Shown: one piece after another, positions 46,637 through 56,964 of the stretch
How the letters are laid out: every line of letters starts with the position of its first letter
How positions within the stretch are numbered: position 1 is the first letter of the stretch
DNA from: Candidatus Hecatella orcuttiae
GTDB taxonomy: Archaea; Thermoproteota; Bathyarchaeia; Hecatellales; Hecatellaceae
DNA length: 64,000 bases
Assembly: GCA_002011035.2 (NCBI GenBank)
Contig: MTLY02000001.1
Span: 192,001-256,000, forward strand
Reading direction: 5' to 3'
Position numbers and translations under genes: made by a program
Notes under the pieces: generated by a model
The model's database searches: none
The model's input: only the letters and a program-made list of their open reading frames with translations
What the model was told of the DNA's origin: nothing

Positions 46637-46804
46637 ATGAAGTCGGAAAAACCCTGCAAGTACAGAGGGGAAATTAAACTCGGAAACCAGAAGTGGAACT
46701 GGTGTTTCTTCTACAACTCCAAGATCGGCGACGTATCCTGTGAAAAATGCGAAATCCCAGGGTTAAACAGTCAAACCAAAATGAAAAACACGCCCATAGT
46801 GTAG
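46637..46804 (+). CDS. Small Cys-rich hypothetical protein
   Basis: 55 aa with four Cys (C..C..CEKC); TTTAAATA box at about 46594. Confidence 0.55.
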   Translation: MKSEKPCKYRGEIKLGNQKWNWCFFYNSKIGDVSCEKCEIPGLNSQTKMKNTPIV

Positions 46805-46854
46805 GCTGAGGGTTAATGGCCTCGGCTTTTGAGCGGAGTCTTAAGATGAATAGT

Positions 46855-46994
46855 TGGTAGCCCGGGGGAGATTTTCGGGCAGCCACCGCGGCTGCGTTTC
46901 GAACTCCCGTCAGCAGGTCTCCCCTTGATGTTGACAAGCCAGAGCCTGCCATGCCTAGCCGGCCTAATCCCTTTGACCGCTACACCACCGGGCT
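46855..46994 (-). tRNA. tRNA-Gln(CTG) with three introns: 18 nt at 21/22, 20 nt at 37/38, 26 nt at 59/60; CCA encoded
   Basis: Removing 46972-46955, 46938-46919 and 46897-46872 gives a 76-nt tRNA: AGCCCGG TG GTGT AGCGGTCAA GCAT G GCAGG CT CTG GA CCTGC TGAC GGGAG TTCGAAT CTCCC CCGGGCT A CCA. A1-U72 is typical of archaeal tRNA-Gln. Confidence 0.95.
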
Positions 46995-47090
46995 ACGCCT
47001 TGGAGAGTGATTAATCTATTTCCACCCTTATTTTTTATCTATTTCTCAAGCCGCTTTTAAGGAATATGCAACTTCCTGTATCGAACTCTA

Positions 47091-47366
47091 TTATACGACG
47101 CCGGAGATTTCCAAGCCTCTTTTTCTCCGGGCAGCCGCCGGTCTTTGTTCGCATGTTTTCCTACGGTATTCGGCTAGGAGTACTTGAAACAGCAGCTTCA
47201 GCTCGTAGGGGCTATCATGGTAGGCGTCTTCCAGCCGTTGTTTTAATTTCTCATGTCTTTTCACGTTGAATTTTTCCATGAGCTTTCGTTCAAACCATTC
47301 CTGAAACCCAGCGTCCTCAGGCAGCTTTAACCCCATCAACACTGCCAAGGCGATAAAACACGGCAT
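47091..47366 (-). CDS. Hypothetical protein
   Basis: Helical, charged ORF filling the intergenic space; start uncertain. Confidence 0.55.
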   Translation of the reverse strand: MPCFIALAVLMGLKLPEDAGFQEWFERKLMEKFNVKRHEKLKQRLEDAYHDSPYELKLLFQVLLAEYRRKTCEQRPAAARRKRGLEISGVV

Positions 47367-47514
47367 AATCCACCATCTTCAAGCCATATCCATAAGACAC
47401 ACGTAGCTAACCTTAACGTGCAAACTGTCGAGATAAAAACGTTTACAAGCCGGACCCATCCCGGGATGCTATCTCAAAAACACCGCCTTTGAAGGCTTCC
47501 GCAACCGCTTCAAC

Positions 47515-48468
47515 TCAGGGTCTGAAGCCGCATAACAGAAAGACCATAAGGGAGCTGGCTGTCAGGTCGGCGGTGGTCCCTGGGTTTAGGCTGTTATCGG
47601 GGCTGCGAAGTTGAGCGTGCAACTTCAAGACCGCTTGCTTTCCAGCCTCCGTCAGCATTCCTCCCTTTTCCAAAACCGCCTTGGCCTTTTCAGATATCCG
47701 CCGGGCTGTTTGCAGGCCTCTTCTCCTAGCCACCAAGCTGTCGGGGTAGTCGGCTAGAATTTTCAAGTAACATTGAACCACAGCTTTGTTCACGTCTCCT
47801 TCCCGGCGGAAGACTTCTGCCAGTTGAGGGTAGCCGACTTTGAAAGTTATAGTCATTCCCGTGGCCCACTCGCTGCCTATTCTATCCCATGCAGCGCAGG
47901 CTTTCATCACTTGGTACAGGGTTAGCCTTTTTTGGGTGATTTCCTCTGCCGCTGAATTTTTTAAAACATCGGGAGCCCCTTTCACCTTCGGTTTCTTCAA
48001 GCCCCCAGGTTTGGCCTTCCTCACAGCATCATAAAAGTTCAAGGCATCCTTTACACTGGTGGCTTTCAGCGCTCTCTTCACATTCTGACGAAGAAGAGGG
48101 GCTGTAAGCTTTGAGGTGGAGGCCCATGTCATGCCTGCCCCTGCCGCCAATGGTACGAGGAGGCTGAGGGTTCCTAGGTTGGTGTTACCGCCCTGATGCC
48201 ATTGCGCGGTTTGGTAGACGCCTTTCCTTATCCAGCTTCCTATCCCCAGCTGGCTTAGGCTGATTTCACCATTTCCAGCCCTAAGACCTTTCAGGGAAGC
48301 TTCTCGGGTGCAGGCTCCTATGGCTATTCCCCCGGCGAGGAAGTGATCATATTTCGTGTCCCTGAAATCGTGGAACCTGTCGATGTTGCCTGGTTTGGGG
48401 TAGGCGGAGACCTCTAAAACCACAGCCAGCTGGGCTGCTTGGGCTATTTCCTCGGCAGCGGTCTTCAT
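47515..48468 (-). CDS. CitG-like triphosphoribosyl-dephospho-CoA synthase family (archaeal)
   Basis: LEV.A.PKPGN, NTNLG, D.LVARR.G, NPGTTADL. Confidence 0.9.
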   Translation of the reverse strand: MKTAAEEIAQAAQLAVVLEVSAYPKPGNIDRFHDFRDTKYDHFLAGGIAIGACTREASLKGLRAGNGEISLSQLGIGSWIRKGVYQTAQWHQGGNTNLGTLSLLVPLAAGAGMTWASTSKLTAPLLRQNVKRALKATSVKDALNFYDAVRKAKPGGLKKPKVKGAPDVLKNSAAEEITQKRLTLYQVMKACAAWDRIGSEWATGMTITFKVGYPQLAEVFRREGDVNKAVVQCYLKILADYPDSLVARRRGLQTARRISEKAKAVLEKGGMLTEAGKQAVLKLHAQLRSPDNSLNPGTTADLTASSLMVFLLCGFRP

Positions 48469-48600
48469 CCAGCTTCTCGACGGCAAGGAGCTTCCGCCTC
48501 GCGGGTGGATGGGCGACTTGTACATCGGAAGGAAGTTTAACCTTTTCTGAAGTGGTGGATTTATATATTGAGTATTGTATAAAGATTAGTTAGAAAAGGT

Positions 48601-48909
48601 ATGGCGGAAATCTGTCAAATATGCGGGCTGCCTAAAGACCTTTGTGTATGCTACGAGATAAGTAAGGATCAACAGAGAATAAAAGTTCGCTTAGAAAAGA
48701 GAAAATGGAACCGCCCTGTCACCGTCATCGAAGGGCTGGATGAAAAAAGCGTTGACCTAGGGAAGCTGGCTGCTGAGTTGAAGACTTATTGCGCCTGTGG
48801 AGGGACTTTTAAAAACAGCCAAATTCTCCTCCAAGGAGACCATCGAGAGAAAACCAAGGAAAAACTTGTCATGATGGGTTTCCCTGAAGGAAACATCGAA
48901 GTCCGATGA
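48601..48909 (+). CDS. Translation initiation factor SUI1/aIF1 homolog
   Basis: C.ICGLPKDLCVC, VTVIEG, LK..CACGGT, LQGDHR. Confidence 0.96.
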   Translation: MAEICQICGLPKDLCVCYEISKDQQRIKVRLEKRKWNRPVTVIEGLDEKSVDLGKLAAELKTYCACGGTFKNSQILLQGDHREKTKEKLVMMGFPEGNIEVR

Positions 48910-49010
48910 GACCTAAGCCTGCCGATCCTTTCTGCCGACTGGGAAGAGGAGACGCTGAGCTCTTGCATTCCTCAGTAACACATAAAGGTTGATGAACCAT
49001 AGAGAACGAT

Positions 49011-49229
49011 ATGCATGAAGTCGAAGTGAAAATTCTCCAAAAACCTTTACGTGTCCCCAAGGAGAAACTGGGAGAGCTGAAGGGAACCGTATCCGGAAGC
49101 CTCTTAAGCCGCATGAAAAAAGAAGCTGTGGACTGCCCTGTGAAGGGGGAGACTCTTCCTTTCATCGAATGTTTTACCTGCGAAAATTTTCTCCGAAGAG
49201 TGAAAGGCCACGTTCACTGCCGAGGCTGA
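49011..49229 (+). CDS. Small putative Zn-binding protein
   Basis: CP...CFTC...HC ligand pattern. Confidence 0.7.
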   Translation: MHEVEVKILQKPLRVPKEKLGELKGTVSGSLLSRMKKEAVDCPVKGETLPFIECFTCENFLRRVKGHVHCRG

Positions 49230-49247
49230 AGGCGCCTCCGGGGCCCT

Positions 49248-50348
49248 CTAGGATTCAGCCGGCTTTCCCAAGATTCCCAGCGGCAGAAGATGGTCTGCCA
49301 AAACGCAGGCCACCAAAGCCTCCACAATGGGAACAGCTCTAGGGACTACGCAGGAATCGTACCTTCCCTTAACCTCCAACTCAGCGTCTTCCATGGTTCG
49401 GAGGTCCACGGTTTTTTGGCGTTTGAAGATGGAGGAAGGCGGTTTGAAGGCGGCTCTCACCGCAATGGGCATGCCGTTGGAAAGGCCGCCTAGGATCCCC
49501 CCTGCGTTGTTGGTGAGGGCCACAACCTTCCCCCCCACCACGCGGTAGGGGTCGTTGTTCTCCGACCCCCGAAGCCGGGCAGCTTGGAAGCCTGCTCCAA
49601 ATTCCACCCCCTTCACAGCTGGGATGAAGAAGAGGTACTTGGCTATGTCCGCATCCAGAGAGTAAAAGATGGGATCTCCAACTCCCGGGGGGACGCCGGT
49701 GGCTATGCATTCTACGACACCCCCTACGGTGTCGCCTTCCGACTTGGCTTGGAGGATTTTCTTCTCCATTTCTTCAGCTGTCTGAGACTCCACGCACCTG
49801 AGAGGGTTGGAGTATGCTTTTTCCCTGATCTCCTCAACGGTGGGCTGGCTTCGGATCTTCACCCCGGCTATTTCAACCGTGTGGGCGTAAACCCCTATGC
49901 CCGCTTCTCCGAGGAGCCGTTTGGCCACGGCGCCTGCGGCCACCATTCCCACGGTCATCCTGGAGGAGAAGATGCCTCCCCCCCGGTGGTCGTGGAAGCC
50001 TCGGTATTTGACGAAGGCGGGGTAGTCAGCGTGGCCAGGCCTTGGCTTCCACCTGAACTCCTCGTAGGCCTCGGAGCGGTATTCCTTGTTCCACACAAAC
50101 AGGCAGAGGGGCGCACCTGTGGTGCGGCCTTGGAACACTCCTGACAGGATGTTCACCTTATCCTCCTCCCTTCGAGAGGTTGAATACGCGGCGGAGGTAG
50201 GTCTTCTCCTGTTCAGTTCAGTTTGAATGTCTTCTTCGGAGAGGGGGAGCCCCGGCGGGCAGCCGTCCACCACGACGCCTATGCCTTTGCCGTGGCTTTC
50301 CCCGAAGAGGGTGACGACGTAGTTTCTTCCGATGGAGTTGCTAACCAA
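49248..50348 (-). CDS. aroC: Chorismate synthase
   Basis: FGESHG, RPGHAD, GGILGG, KP.SS, GRYD.C. Confidence 0.97.
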   Translation of the reverse strand: MVSNSIGRNYVVTLFGESHGKGIGVVVDGCPPGLPLSEEDIQTELNRRRPTSAAYSTSRREEDKVNILSGVFQGRTTGAPLCLFVWNKEYRSEAYEEFRWKPRPGHADYPAFVKYRGFHDHRGGGIFSSRMTVGMVAAGAVAKRLLGEAGIGVYAHTVEIAGVKIRSQPTVEEIREKAYSNPLRCVESQTAEEMEKKILQAKSEGDTVGGVVECIATGVPPGVGDPIFYSLDADIAKYLFFIPAVKGVEFGAGFQAARLRGSENNDPYRVVGGKVVALTNNAGGILGGLSNGMPIAVRAAFKPPSSIFKRQKTVDLRTMEDAELEVKGRYDSCVVPRAVPIVEALVACVLADHLLPLGILGKPAES

Positions 50349-51636
50349 GCTTCACTCTTCCTCCTAACCTTGCCAGGTCCATGTAAAAATTCGGGTAGGA
50401 CTTACTTACGCATTCCGCTCCGTGGATTCGGGTTACTCCCTCCGCTCCCAAGGCTGCGACGGCGCAGGCCATGGCTATTCTGTGGTCTCCGTGGGAGTCC
50501 AGCTCCGCCCCCCTCAGCTTGCAGGGGCCCTCCACTTTCAGTCCGTCCTCTTGCTCTACTATCTTCGCCCCCATCTTGGCTAGCTCGGAGGCCGTGGTCC
50601 TCAGCCTGTCAGACTCTTTAATCCGCAGCCTCCTAGCGTTTTTTATGAAGGTTTCCCCCTCCGCGTAGCAGGCTAGGGCTGCACAGACGGGAACCAAGTC
50701 CGGGATATGCCTAGCGTCCACCTCCATCGCCTTCAATTCCCCGCCGGAAACCGTTACCTCCAAGCCTTCGCAAACTACCGCGGCGCCCATTTTTTTCAGC
50801 AGCGTCAATATTTCCCTGTCGGGGTGAGGGACCCCGCTTCCGTCTAAGTTTTCCACTTTGATCTCCGAGCCTGTTATGGCTGCGGCTGCGAGGAGAAAAG
50901 CAGCTGAGGAGAAATCCCCTGTAACTTGGTGGTCTTGAGGCCTGTAGCTTTGGCCGCCGGAAACCGTGAAGAGCTGATGGTTTTCTGAAACTCCAACCTT
51001 GACTCCGTGCCTCTCCAAGACGTGAAGCGTCAACTGAACGTAAGGCAGTGACTCCAAGCTTCCTAGGATGCGGATTTCCACTTCGCCTTCAGCCAAGGGG
51101 CTGGCGAAGAGGAGGCCGCTGACATACTGGGAGCTCACATCGCCGGGGATGGACGTCTTCCCCCCGGCTATTCCGCCGCCGTAGACCTTCACAGGCGGGT
51201 AGCCGCCTAGGCTTTCACACCGCACGCCCAGCTGCCGGAGGGCTTGGAGCAGAGGCTCTATGGGCCTTCTCAGCAGACCTTTTCTCCCCGTAAGAGTGGT
51301 GACACCCTCCGCCAAGGCGGCTAGGGGGATCATGAACCTCAGCGTAGCCGCGGATTCCCCGCATTCGATGGGCTGAGAAGGAGCCTTCCACCGGGCTAGG
51401 CCCTTGACGGTGATACTGTCTTCTCTCTGCTCCAAAACCGGGCCGAAGCTCCGGCAGGCGCTGACCGTGGCCAAGGTGTCATCGGAGATGAGGAGGTTTT
51501 TTATGAGGGATAGGCCCTCCCCCAGTGAGGCGGCTATGAGGGCCCGATGGGTGTAGCTTTTGGAGGGAGGCGCCTTCACCCGGCCGGAAAGTTTCTCGGT
51601 TCTGCCCACAGTGGCCACGACCATGCTGTCCGTCAC
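50341..51636 (-). CDS. aroA: EPSP synthase
   Basis: PSKS.THR, SSQY.S, R.KESDR, DHRIAM, KSYP.F. Confidence 0.97.
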   Translation of the reverse strand: MTDSMVVATVGRTEKLSGRVKAPPSKSYTHRALIAASLGEGLSLIKNLLISDDTLATVSACRSFGPVLEQREDSITVKGLARWKAPSQPIECGESAATLRFMIPLAALAEGVTTLTGRKGLLRRPIEPLLQALRQLGVRCESLGGYPPVKVYGGGIAGGKTSIPGDVSSQYVSGLLFASPLAEGEVEIRILGSLESLPYVQLTLHVLERHGVKVGVSENHQLFTVSGGQSYRPQDHQVTGDFSSAAFLLAAAAITGSEIKVENLDGSGVPHPDREILTLLKKMGAAVVCEGLEVTVSGGELKAMEVDARHIPDLVPVCAALACYAEGETFIKNARRLRIKESDRLRTTASELAKMGAKIVEQEDGLKVEGPCKLRGAELDSHGDHRIAMACAVAALGAEGVTRIHGAECVSKSYPNFYMDLARLGGRVKLG

Positions 51637-52502
51637 CTCAGCACACGGGCCCTAGCCTTGTTGGTTCTAGCCCTCAAGATTTCCCCCTCATGATTTCTCC
51701 ACGCCTCCACCACGCTTCCGCCCTCCCCCAGCCGGGTTACAGCGACGGTGGCCGGGCCTTTCCCGCTGAGCCCGGCTGCGATGGCGCCTGCCTTCAAAGC
51801 GTCCAGTGCAGGTTGAGGGTTGTATCCCAGCGCAGCTGAGTAGAGGAGGCCGTTGAGGGTTAGAGCCTTCCAGTAGTGGCCCTTGAAGGCTTCCTCGAAG
51901 GCCAACTCCACCAAGGGGGCTATCAGCTTCATTCGGTCGACATCCGCGCTGGGGGTGTAAACCTTTTGGGGTGGAAGGAGGATGAGGGCTTCGCAGTCTT
52001 CCACCGAGTCATGTCGGAGGAGCTTCCTCACAAAGTTGTCGGTTAGGACGATGCCTCCCAAGAAGGAGGCGCAGGCGTCGTCGTAGGCTCCGGTTATGGT
52101 GGTCTTCGCCTCAAAAGCCGCGTCCACAGCTAGGTTTAGGGCGGTGGAGTTGTCGAGAGTTTTTCCGAGGGCTGCGGAGGCGGCCAACACCAAGGCATTG
52201 GCTGCTGCGCTACTGCTTTTCAGCCCTCTGGCTACGGGAATGTCGGACCGGGTTTCCACTTCAGCGCCAAACCGGCCTTGAAGGCCAAAGTGCTTCAGCA
52301 CCTTTTGCACCGCCTTCTCCACCAAGAGGGTGCTTTCCCCCTCTTCCGGAACTATCCGGCCGCGGATGACACCCGCCTCCCCGGTCAGCCTAACCCGGGC
52401 GGTGGTTTGGAGGCTGAGGCTGAAGGCAGCGCCTTTCCCCGTAGCTATGGCGTTGACGATGGTGGCTGCACCGTAGGCCACAGCTTCTCCAAATCCTTCC
52501 AT
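51633..52502 (-). CDS. aroK: Shikimate kinase (archaeal GHMP type)
   Basis: IVNAIATGKG, GLKSSSA, TGAYDDA, GLSGKGP. Confidence 0.96.
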   Translation of the reverse strand: MEGFGEAVAYGAATIVNAIATGKGAAFSLSLQTTARVRLTGEAGVIRGRIVPEEGESTLLVEKAVQKVLKHFGLQGRFGAEVETRSDIPVARGLKSSSAAANALVLAASAALGKTLDNSTALNLAVDAAFEAKTTITGAYDDACASFLGGIVLTDNFVRKLLRHDSVEDCEALILLPPQKVYTPSADVDRMKLIAPLVELAFEEAFKGHYWKALTLNGLLYSAALGYNPQPALDALKAGAIAAGLSGKGPATVAVTRLGEGGSVVEAWRNHEGEILRARTNKARARVLR

Positions 52503-53360
52503 TCACTTTTCCCCCAAAGCCTTCAGGGCTGCGTTGAACATGACATCTAGGGGAGCCTTCTTCCCAGTCCATATTTCAAAGGACCTCGCAGCCTGATGGA
52601 CCAGCATACCCAAGCCGTTGACTGTCTTAGCTCCGGCGGCATCCGCCTCCCTGAGCAGCCTTGTCTTCAGCGGATTGTAGACGATGTCGAACACCGTCAA
52701 ACCGGAATGGAGGAGGCGGCTGGGAATCGGCGACGCATCCTCATGAGGATGCATCCCCACCGAGGTGGTGTTGACCAAGAGTTCAGCGTCTCTGAGCTCT
52801 TCCCCCAGCCTTTCGCTGTTCAACCTGATCCCTTTCACCCTGACGCTGTGATGACGGGATAGCTCCTCAGCCAGCTTCACCGCCTTAGCCTCCGTCCGGT
52901 TGGCGACTACAAGCTCACCGGAGGTTTTGGCGAGGGTGAAGCCTAAGGCTCTGGCCGCGCCTCCCGCCCCGAGGAGGACGACTTTCAGGCCCTTCACTTC
53001 AACACCGGCCTCCCGCAGAGCGGAGATGGCGCCTTCTCCGTCGGTGTTGTAGCCTACTGTTTTTCCTCCCATTATTTTCACGGTGTTGACGGCGCCTATG
53101 CTTCTGGCCTCAGGCTCCACCTCGTCCAGCAGAGGGATGACGGCGGTTTTGTGGGGGATGGTCACATTGAAGCCTTGAACTCCCAAGCTTCTCAAGCCAG
53201 CGAGGGCGGATGGGAGGCCGTCGGAGGCCACGTTGAAGGCTAGGTAGACGCAGTTGAGGCCTAGGCTTTCAAAGGCAGCGTTGTGGATGGTGGGGCTGAG
53301 GGAATGCTCCACCGGGCTGCCTATGAGGGCGTAGACCCTGGTGGCACTGTCAACCTTCAT
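52503..53360 (-). CDS. aroE: Shikimate dehydrogenase
   Basis: HSLSP, NVTIPHK, GAVNT, NTDG, GAGGAA, ML..QA. Confidence 0.97.
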   Translation of the reverse strand: MKVDSATRVYALIGSPVEHSLSPTIHNAAFESLGLNCVYLAFNVASDGLPSALAGLRSLGVQGFNVTIPHKTAVIPLLDEVEPEARSIGAVNTVKIMGGKTVGYNTDGEGAISALREAGVEVKGLKVVLLGAGGAARALGFTLAKTSGELVVANRTEAKAVKLAEELSRHHSVRVKGIRLNSERLGEELRDAELLVNTTSVGMHPHEDASPIPSRLLHSGLTVFDIVYNPLKTRLLREADAAGAKTVNGLGMLVHQAARSFEIWTGKKAPLDVMFNAALKALGEK

Positions 53361-54039
53361 CCAGCATCATCAGCCTGTAGACTTCCCGGGTTTCTCGGAT
53401 GGTCAGCTGGCCGGGGGCGGACTCTTTTCCCCTTCTCACCGAGGCGTAGGTGAAGAAGCCTCCGAAAAGGGGGGAAAGCACCCTGGAAAAAACTCCTCGA
53501 GGACCCATGCAGAAGGCGACGGTGGGAGTTTGCTTGGAGGCTTGGGCTAGGAACTCTAGACAGGTCAGGTTATCCTCCGGCCTTTGGGCGGTGGTTACTA
53601 TCTTGCACACCTCAGAGCCTTTTTTCAGCCCCTTTCGAAGGAGCGTGTGCAGGCGGCGGAGAGGCGGCGTGCCTGCGAAGTCGTGGAAGGAAACGATGGG
53701 CTTAGAGCCTTCAGCCTTCACTTTCTCCACCATCTCTTCCACATTTCCCGCGGACAGTTCCACATCCACATATTCGAAGCCGGCTTCAGCGGCATCCAAG
53801 AGGAGGCTGAGTCTTTTTTCCTCAGGTCCGTCGAACAGGCCTTTCTCCCTCAGAGGGCGGTTGGTGGCAATGAGCGGGAGGGAGGTCAGCTTTCGAACGG
53901 CGAAGGCGGGCACTGGCTTCTCTTGGTAGTCGATTCGAACCTCTATCAAGTCGGCCTCAGCCTTTTCCGCTTCCCGAACCATGCCCTGCAGTTCTCGGAG
54001 GCTTCTCCCCGGGGCGACGGCGCATATTCTAAGATTCAC
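53350..54039 (-). CDS. aroD: 3-dehydroquinate dehydratase type I
   Basis: EVRID, T.R, VDVE, SFH, K, MG..G..SR, APGQ. Confidence 0.96.
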   Translation of the reverse strand: MNLRICAVAPGRSLRELQGMVREAEKAEADLIEVRIDYQEKPVPAFAVRKLTSLPLIATNRPLREKGLFDGPEEKRLSLLLDAAEAGFEYVDVELSAGNVEEMVEKVKAEGSKPIVSFHDFAGTPPLRRLHTLLRKGLKKGSEVCKIVTTAQRPEDNLTCLEFLAQASKQTPTVAFCMGPRGVFSRVLSPLFGGFFTYASVRRGKESAPGQLTIRETREVYRLMMLDEG

Positions 54040-55121
54040 AGTTCTATCACGGTTTCTTCCTTGAGAAGAATTCCGAAATGACGCCCTCCCGGCTGGTGGT
54101 GGATTAGGACTTCGTCCCCTGGTTTCAAGTCCCTGACCGACTTGGATCCTTCCTTGGTTACAAGCCTAATGGTCTCTGCGTTCTGGACGATGGTCTTAAC
54201 CCTGCGGCCTTCCACCTCCGCCTCCACCAAGAGCATGGGCCTCTTCTCTATCTTAACCCTGCCCACGAAGGCGGCTCGCAGGTTTCCACCCCTGTCTACG
54301 ACGGCTACTTCTTCCCCTGCCTTCAACTCGGAGAGATACTTGGTCTTACCCTCCGGGGTCAGAGTGTAGAGGGACACCGGCCCCGCGTTCACCCTGAAAG
54401 GCCTAGGCTCCACGTGGGGGTTTTCCTGCACCTCCGCTTGCACGAGGAAAAGCCCTGAAGACTGGCAGCCTACGAGTATTCCTTCCCCGTGGGTCATGAG
54501 GTCGCAGGTGTCTATGCAAACCCTAGCGCCTAAGCCCAGCTCTTTGCACCCCACAACCTTGGCTGGAACTAACCGAAGCTTCGAAGGCTCCTCCCTCCCG
54601 GCTTTCACCTTCTCTAGGGCGGAGGCAACCTCGACGATTTCACCGGGCTCTTTGGCTTTTAGGACTACTCCATCTACGCCCAGTTCAAGGGTTTCCAAGG
54701 CCAGTTTAGCCTCCCGCCCGGAGGAAACCTCAGCCAGAAGCTTGCTTCTCCCCTGGATTTTTGCGATGAGGTTCTCCAAGGGTATGACCTTCCAATCCGG
54801 ACAGCTGGCGATGATGCAGTCTACTCCCAAGGAGGCGGCTTCTACAATTTTGTCCTCGTCAGCTCTCCCTCGAACGTTCATCTTCACGCAGATACCTTTG
54901 CCCTTCTCTTTCGCCTTTTTCACCTCAGCCTCCGAAAGCTTTCCCAAAAGCTGAATTTCACCGCCCTCGCTGGACACGGTTTTCAAGCCTAAGGACTCAG
55001 CCAGCGATGTCAGCTTCCCCTCAACTAGTGCGGTGGTGCAGAGGCCTTGAGCAGCCGCCAAGAGGCTGCGCTTGGTCTCCTCAGGCAGGGAGGGATCTAT
55101 TTCTATCCAGAATTCTTTCAT
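54036..55121 (-). CDS. 3-dehydroquinate synthase II (AroB')
   Basis: WKVIPLEN, RVCIDT, RPFRVNAG, KIEKRP, QNAETIRL, GRHFG. Confidence 0.96.
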   Translation of the reverse strand: MKEFWIEIDPSLPEETKRSLLAAAQGLCTTALVEGKLTSLAESLGLKTVSSEGGEIQLLGKLSEAEVKKAKEKGKGICVKMNVRGRADEDKIVEAASLGVDCIIASCPDWKVIPLENLIAKIQGRSKLLAEVSSGREAKLALETLELGVDGVVLKAKEPGEIVEVASALEKVKAGREEPSKLRLVPAKVVGCKELGLGARVCIDTCDLMTHGEGILVGCQSSGLFLVQAEVQENPHVEPRPFRVNAGPVSLYTLTPEGKTKYLSELKAGEEVAVVDRGGNLRAAFVGRVKIEKRPMLLVEAEVEGRRVKTIVQNAETIRLVTKEGSKSVRDLKPGDEVLIHHQPGGRHFGILLKEETVIEL

Positions 55122-55909
55122 CCTTTTCCCCTGAGGATCTTTAATGCCTCATCCACTTCAGCCTTTTGGTGGATGAGGGCGTGGAGGGCTTTCACCATGG
55201 CTGTGGGGTTTTCATGCTGAAAGACGTTTCTTCCGATGGAAACCCCCGCGCCGCCCACTTGGAGGGAGTCGTAGACCATCCTCAGCACTTCCTCGTCGGT
55301 TTTCGCCTTCGGACCCCCAGCTACGATGACAGGGACGGGGCATCCTCGCACCACTTCCCGGAAGGTTTCAGGGCTTCCGGTGTAGTTGGTTTTGACGATG
55401 TCCGCCCCCAACTCGGCTCCAAGCCTAGCCGCATGCTTGACCGCTTCAGGGTCATGTTCACTCTTAACCTTGGCTCCCCGCGGATACATCATAGCCAAGA
55501 GGGGGAGACCGTAGAAGTCACACTCGTCAGCCACACTGCCTAGGTCGCTGAGCATGGCAGACTCTTGCTCAGCGCCCACGTTGACATGGACGGAGACCCC
55601 GTCAGCCCCCAGCCTCACCGCTTCTTCCACGCTGCAAACCTGCACCTTCTCTAACGGGTCTGGGCCTAGGGCGGTGCTTCCTGAGAGGTGGATGAGGAGG
55701 GCCATGTTCCCTGTATCCGTGCGGCTGGCGACTCCTTTGTGGACGATGACCCCGTCTGCGTTTCCCAGCCTGATCTTGTTGAATATCTCCTGCATGTTCA
55801 CCAGCCCTCGAACAGGGCCGAGGGTGACCCCGTGGTCCATGGGGACCAACAGGGACTTTCCATCCTCTTTGAAGATTCTCTGCATTCTCCTCTTTTTTCC
55901 AGGACCCAT
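55118..55909 (-). CDS. 2-amino-3,7-dideoxy-D-threo-hept-6-ulosonate synthase (AroA')
   Basis: PMDHG, HKG, HLS.ST, AMMYPRG, GADIVKT, GRNVFQ; adjacent to DHQ synthase II. Confidence 0.93.
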   Translation of the reverse strand: MGPGKKRRMQRIFKEDGKSLLVPMDHGVTLGPVRGLVNMQEIFNKIRLGNADGVIVHKGVASRTDTGNMALLIHLSGSTALGPDPLEKVQVCSVEEAVRLGADGVSVHVNVGAEQESAMLSDLGSVADECDFYGLPLLAMMYPRGAKVKSEHDPEAVKHAARLGAELGADIVKTNYTGSPETFREVVRGCPVPVIVAGGPKAKTDEEVLRMVYDSLQVGGAGVSIGRNVFQHENPTAMVKALHALIHQKAEVDEALKILRGKG

Positions 55910-55920
55910 GATTTCTCCCT

Positions 55921-56964
55921 TCAAATTATCCCTTTAGCCTTGAGGAGCTCGGCGTTGAGGATTGAGCATCCCGCAGCTCCCCTCACTGTATTGTGTCCTA
56001 GGACTAAATATTTAACTCCCCCCAAGGCAGCGTCCCTCCTAACCCTGCCCACCACCACAGACATGCCTCGGTTCTCCCACCGGTCAAGCCTCGGCTGAGG
56101 CCGATCCATCTCAGCCCGGACGACGATGGGCGGCTTGGGGGCGGTAGGCAGACCTAGCCTCTGAGGTTCACCCTCAAACTTGGCCAAGACCTCGGCCACC
56201 TCAGCCGGCTCAGCCTCGGCCTCTGTTTCCGCGAAGACGGCTTCCAGATGCCCATCGAGGGTGGGAACCCGGTTGCAGCTGGCTGAAATCCTGAACTCCG
56301 CAGGCTTCTCCGGGGAGCCTAAGATTTTCAGGGATTCCTTTTCGACCTTCTCCTCCTCCCGGCTGATGTAGGGGATGACATTGTCCACAATGTCCAAGGA
56401 AGGGACACCCGGGTATCCAGCCCCTGAGAGAGCTTGCATCGTAACCAGGAAGAGACGTTTCAACCCGAAAGCGTCGAGGATGGGCTTCACGGAGAGAGTT
56501 AGGATGGCGGTGGTGCAGTTGGGGTTGGTGATGATGGCCCCCTCCCATTTTCTCCGCCTCCGCTGTTCCTCCACCAAATAGGCGTGGTCCGCGTTGACCT
56601 CAGGGTTGAGAATGGGCACATCCGGGTCCATGCGGTGGGAGCTGGCGTTGCTGAAGACGGTGAAGCCGGCTCTGGCAAAGTCCTCTTCCACCTTATGCGC
56701 CACCTCCGCGGGGAGAGCTGAGAACACCAAGTCCACGTCGCCCAAAGCTTTGGGCTCAGCAGGCCTCACCTCCATGTCCGCCACCTGCGAAAATGTCTCT
56801 CCCTCCAGCTTCCACTTCACTGTTTCAGCGAAGGTTCTGCCCGTTGAGCGTTCTGAGGCGGCTAAGGCTTGGAGTTCAAACCAAGGATGGCCCTTCAGGA
56901 ATTGAATGAACCTCCCGCCCACCATGCCTGTGGCTCCGAGGACTCCTACTTTGACCTTAACCAT
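55921..56964 (-). CDS. asd: Aspartate-semialdehyde dehydrogenase
   Basis: GATGMVG, NPNCT, QALSGAG, EEEK, CNRV...GH, HNTVRGAAG. Confidence 0.97.
   Translation of the reverse strand: MVKVKVGVLGATGMVGGRFIQFLKGHPWFELQALAASERSTGRTFAETVKWKLEGETFSQVADMEVRPAEPKALGDVDLVFSALPAEVAHKVEEDFARAGFTVFSNASSHRMDPDVPILNPEVNADHAYLVEEQRRRRKWEGAIITNPNCTTAILTLSVKPILDAFGLKRLFLVTMQALSGAGYPGVPSLDIVDNVIPYISREEEKVEKESLKILGSPEKPAEFRISASCNRVPTLDGHLEAVFAETEAEAEPAEVAEVLAKFEGEPQRLGLPTAPKPPIVVRAEMDRPQPRLDRWENRGMSVVVGRVRRDAALGGVKYLVLGHNTVRGAAGCSILNAELLKAKGII

Noticed and set aside
46674-46952. 92-aa ORF on the minus strand
   Set aside because: It overlaps the triple-intron tRNA-Gln; spurious.
48903-48959. Possible C/D box sRNA overlapping the SUI1 stop
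   Set aside because: The C and C' boxes are too degenerate and no target could be identified.
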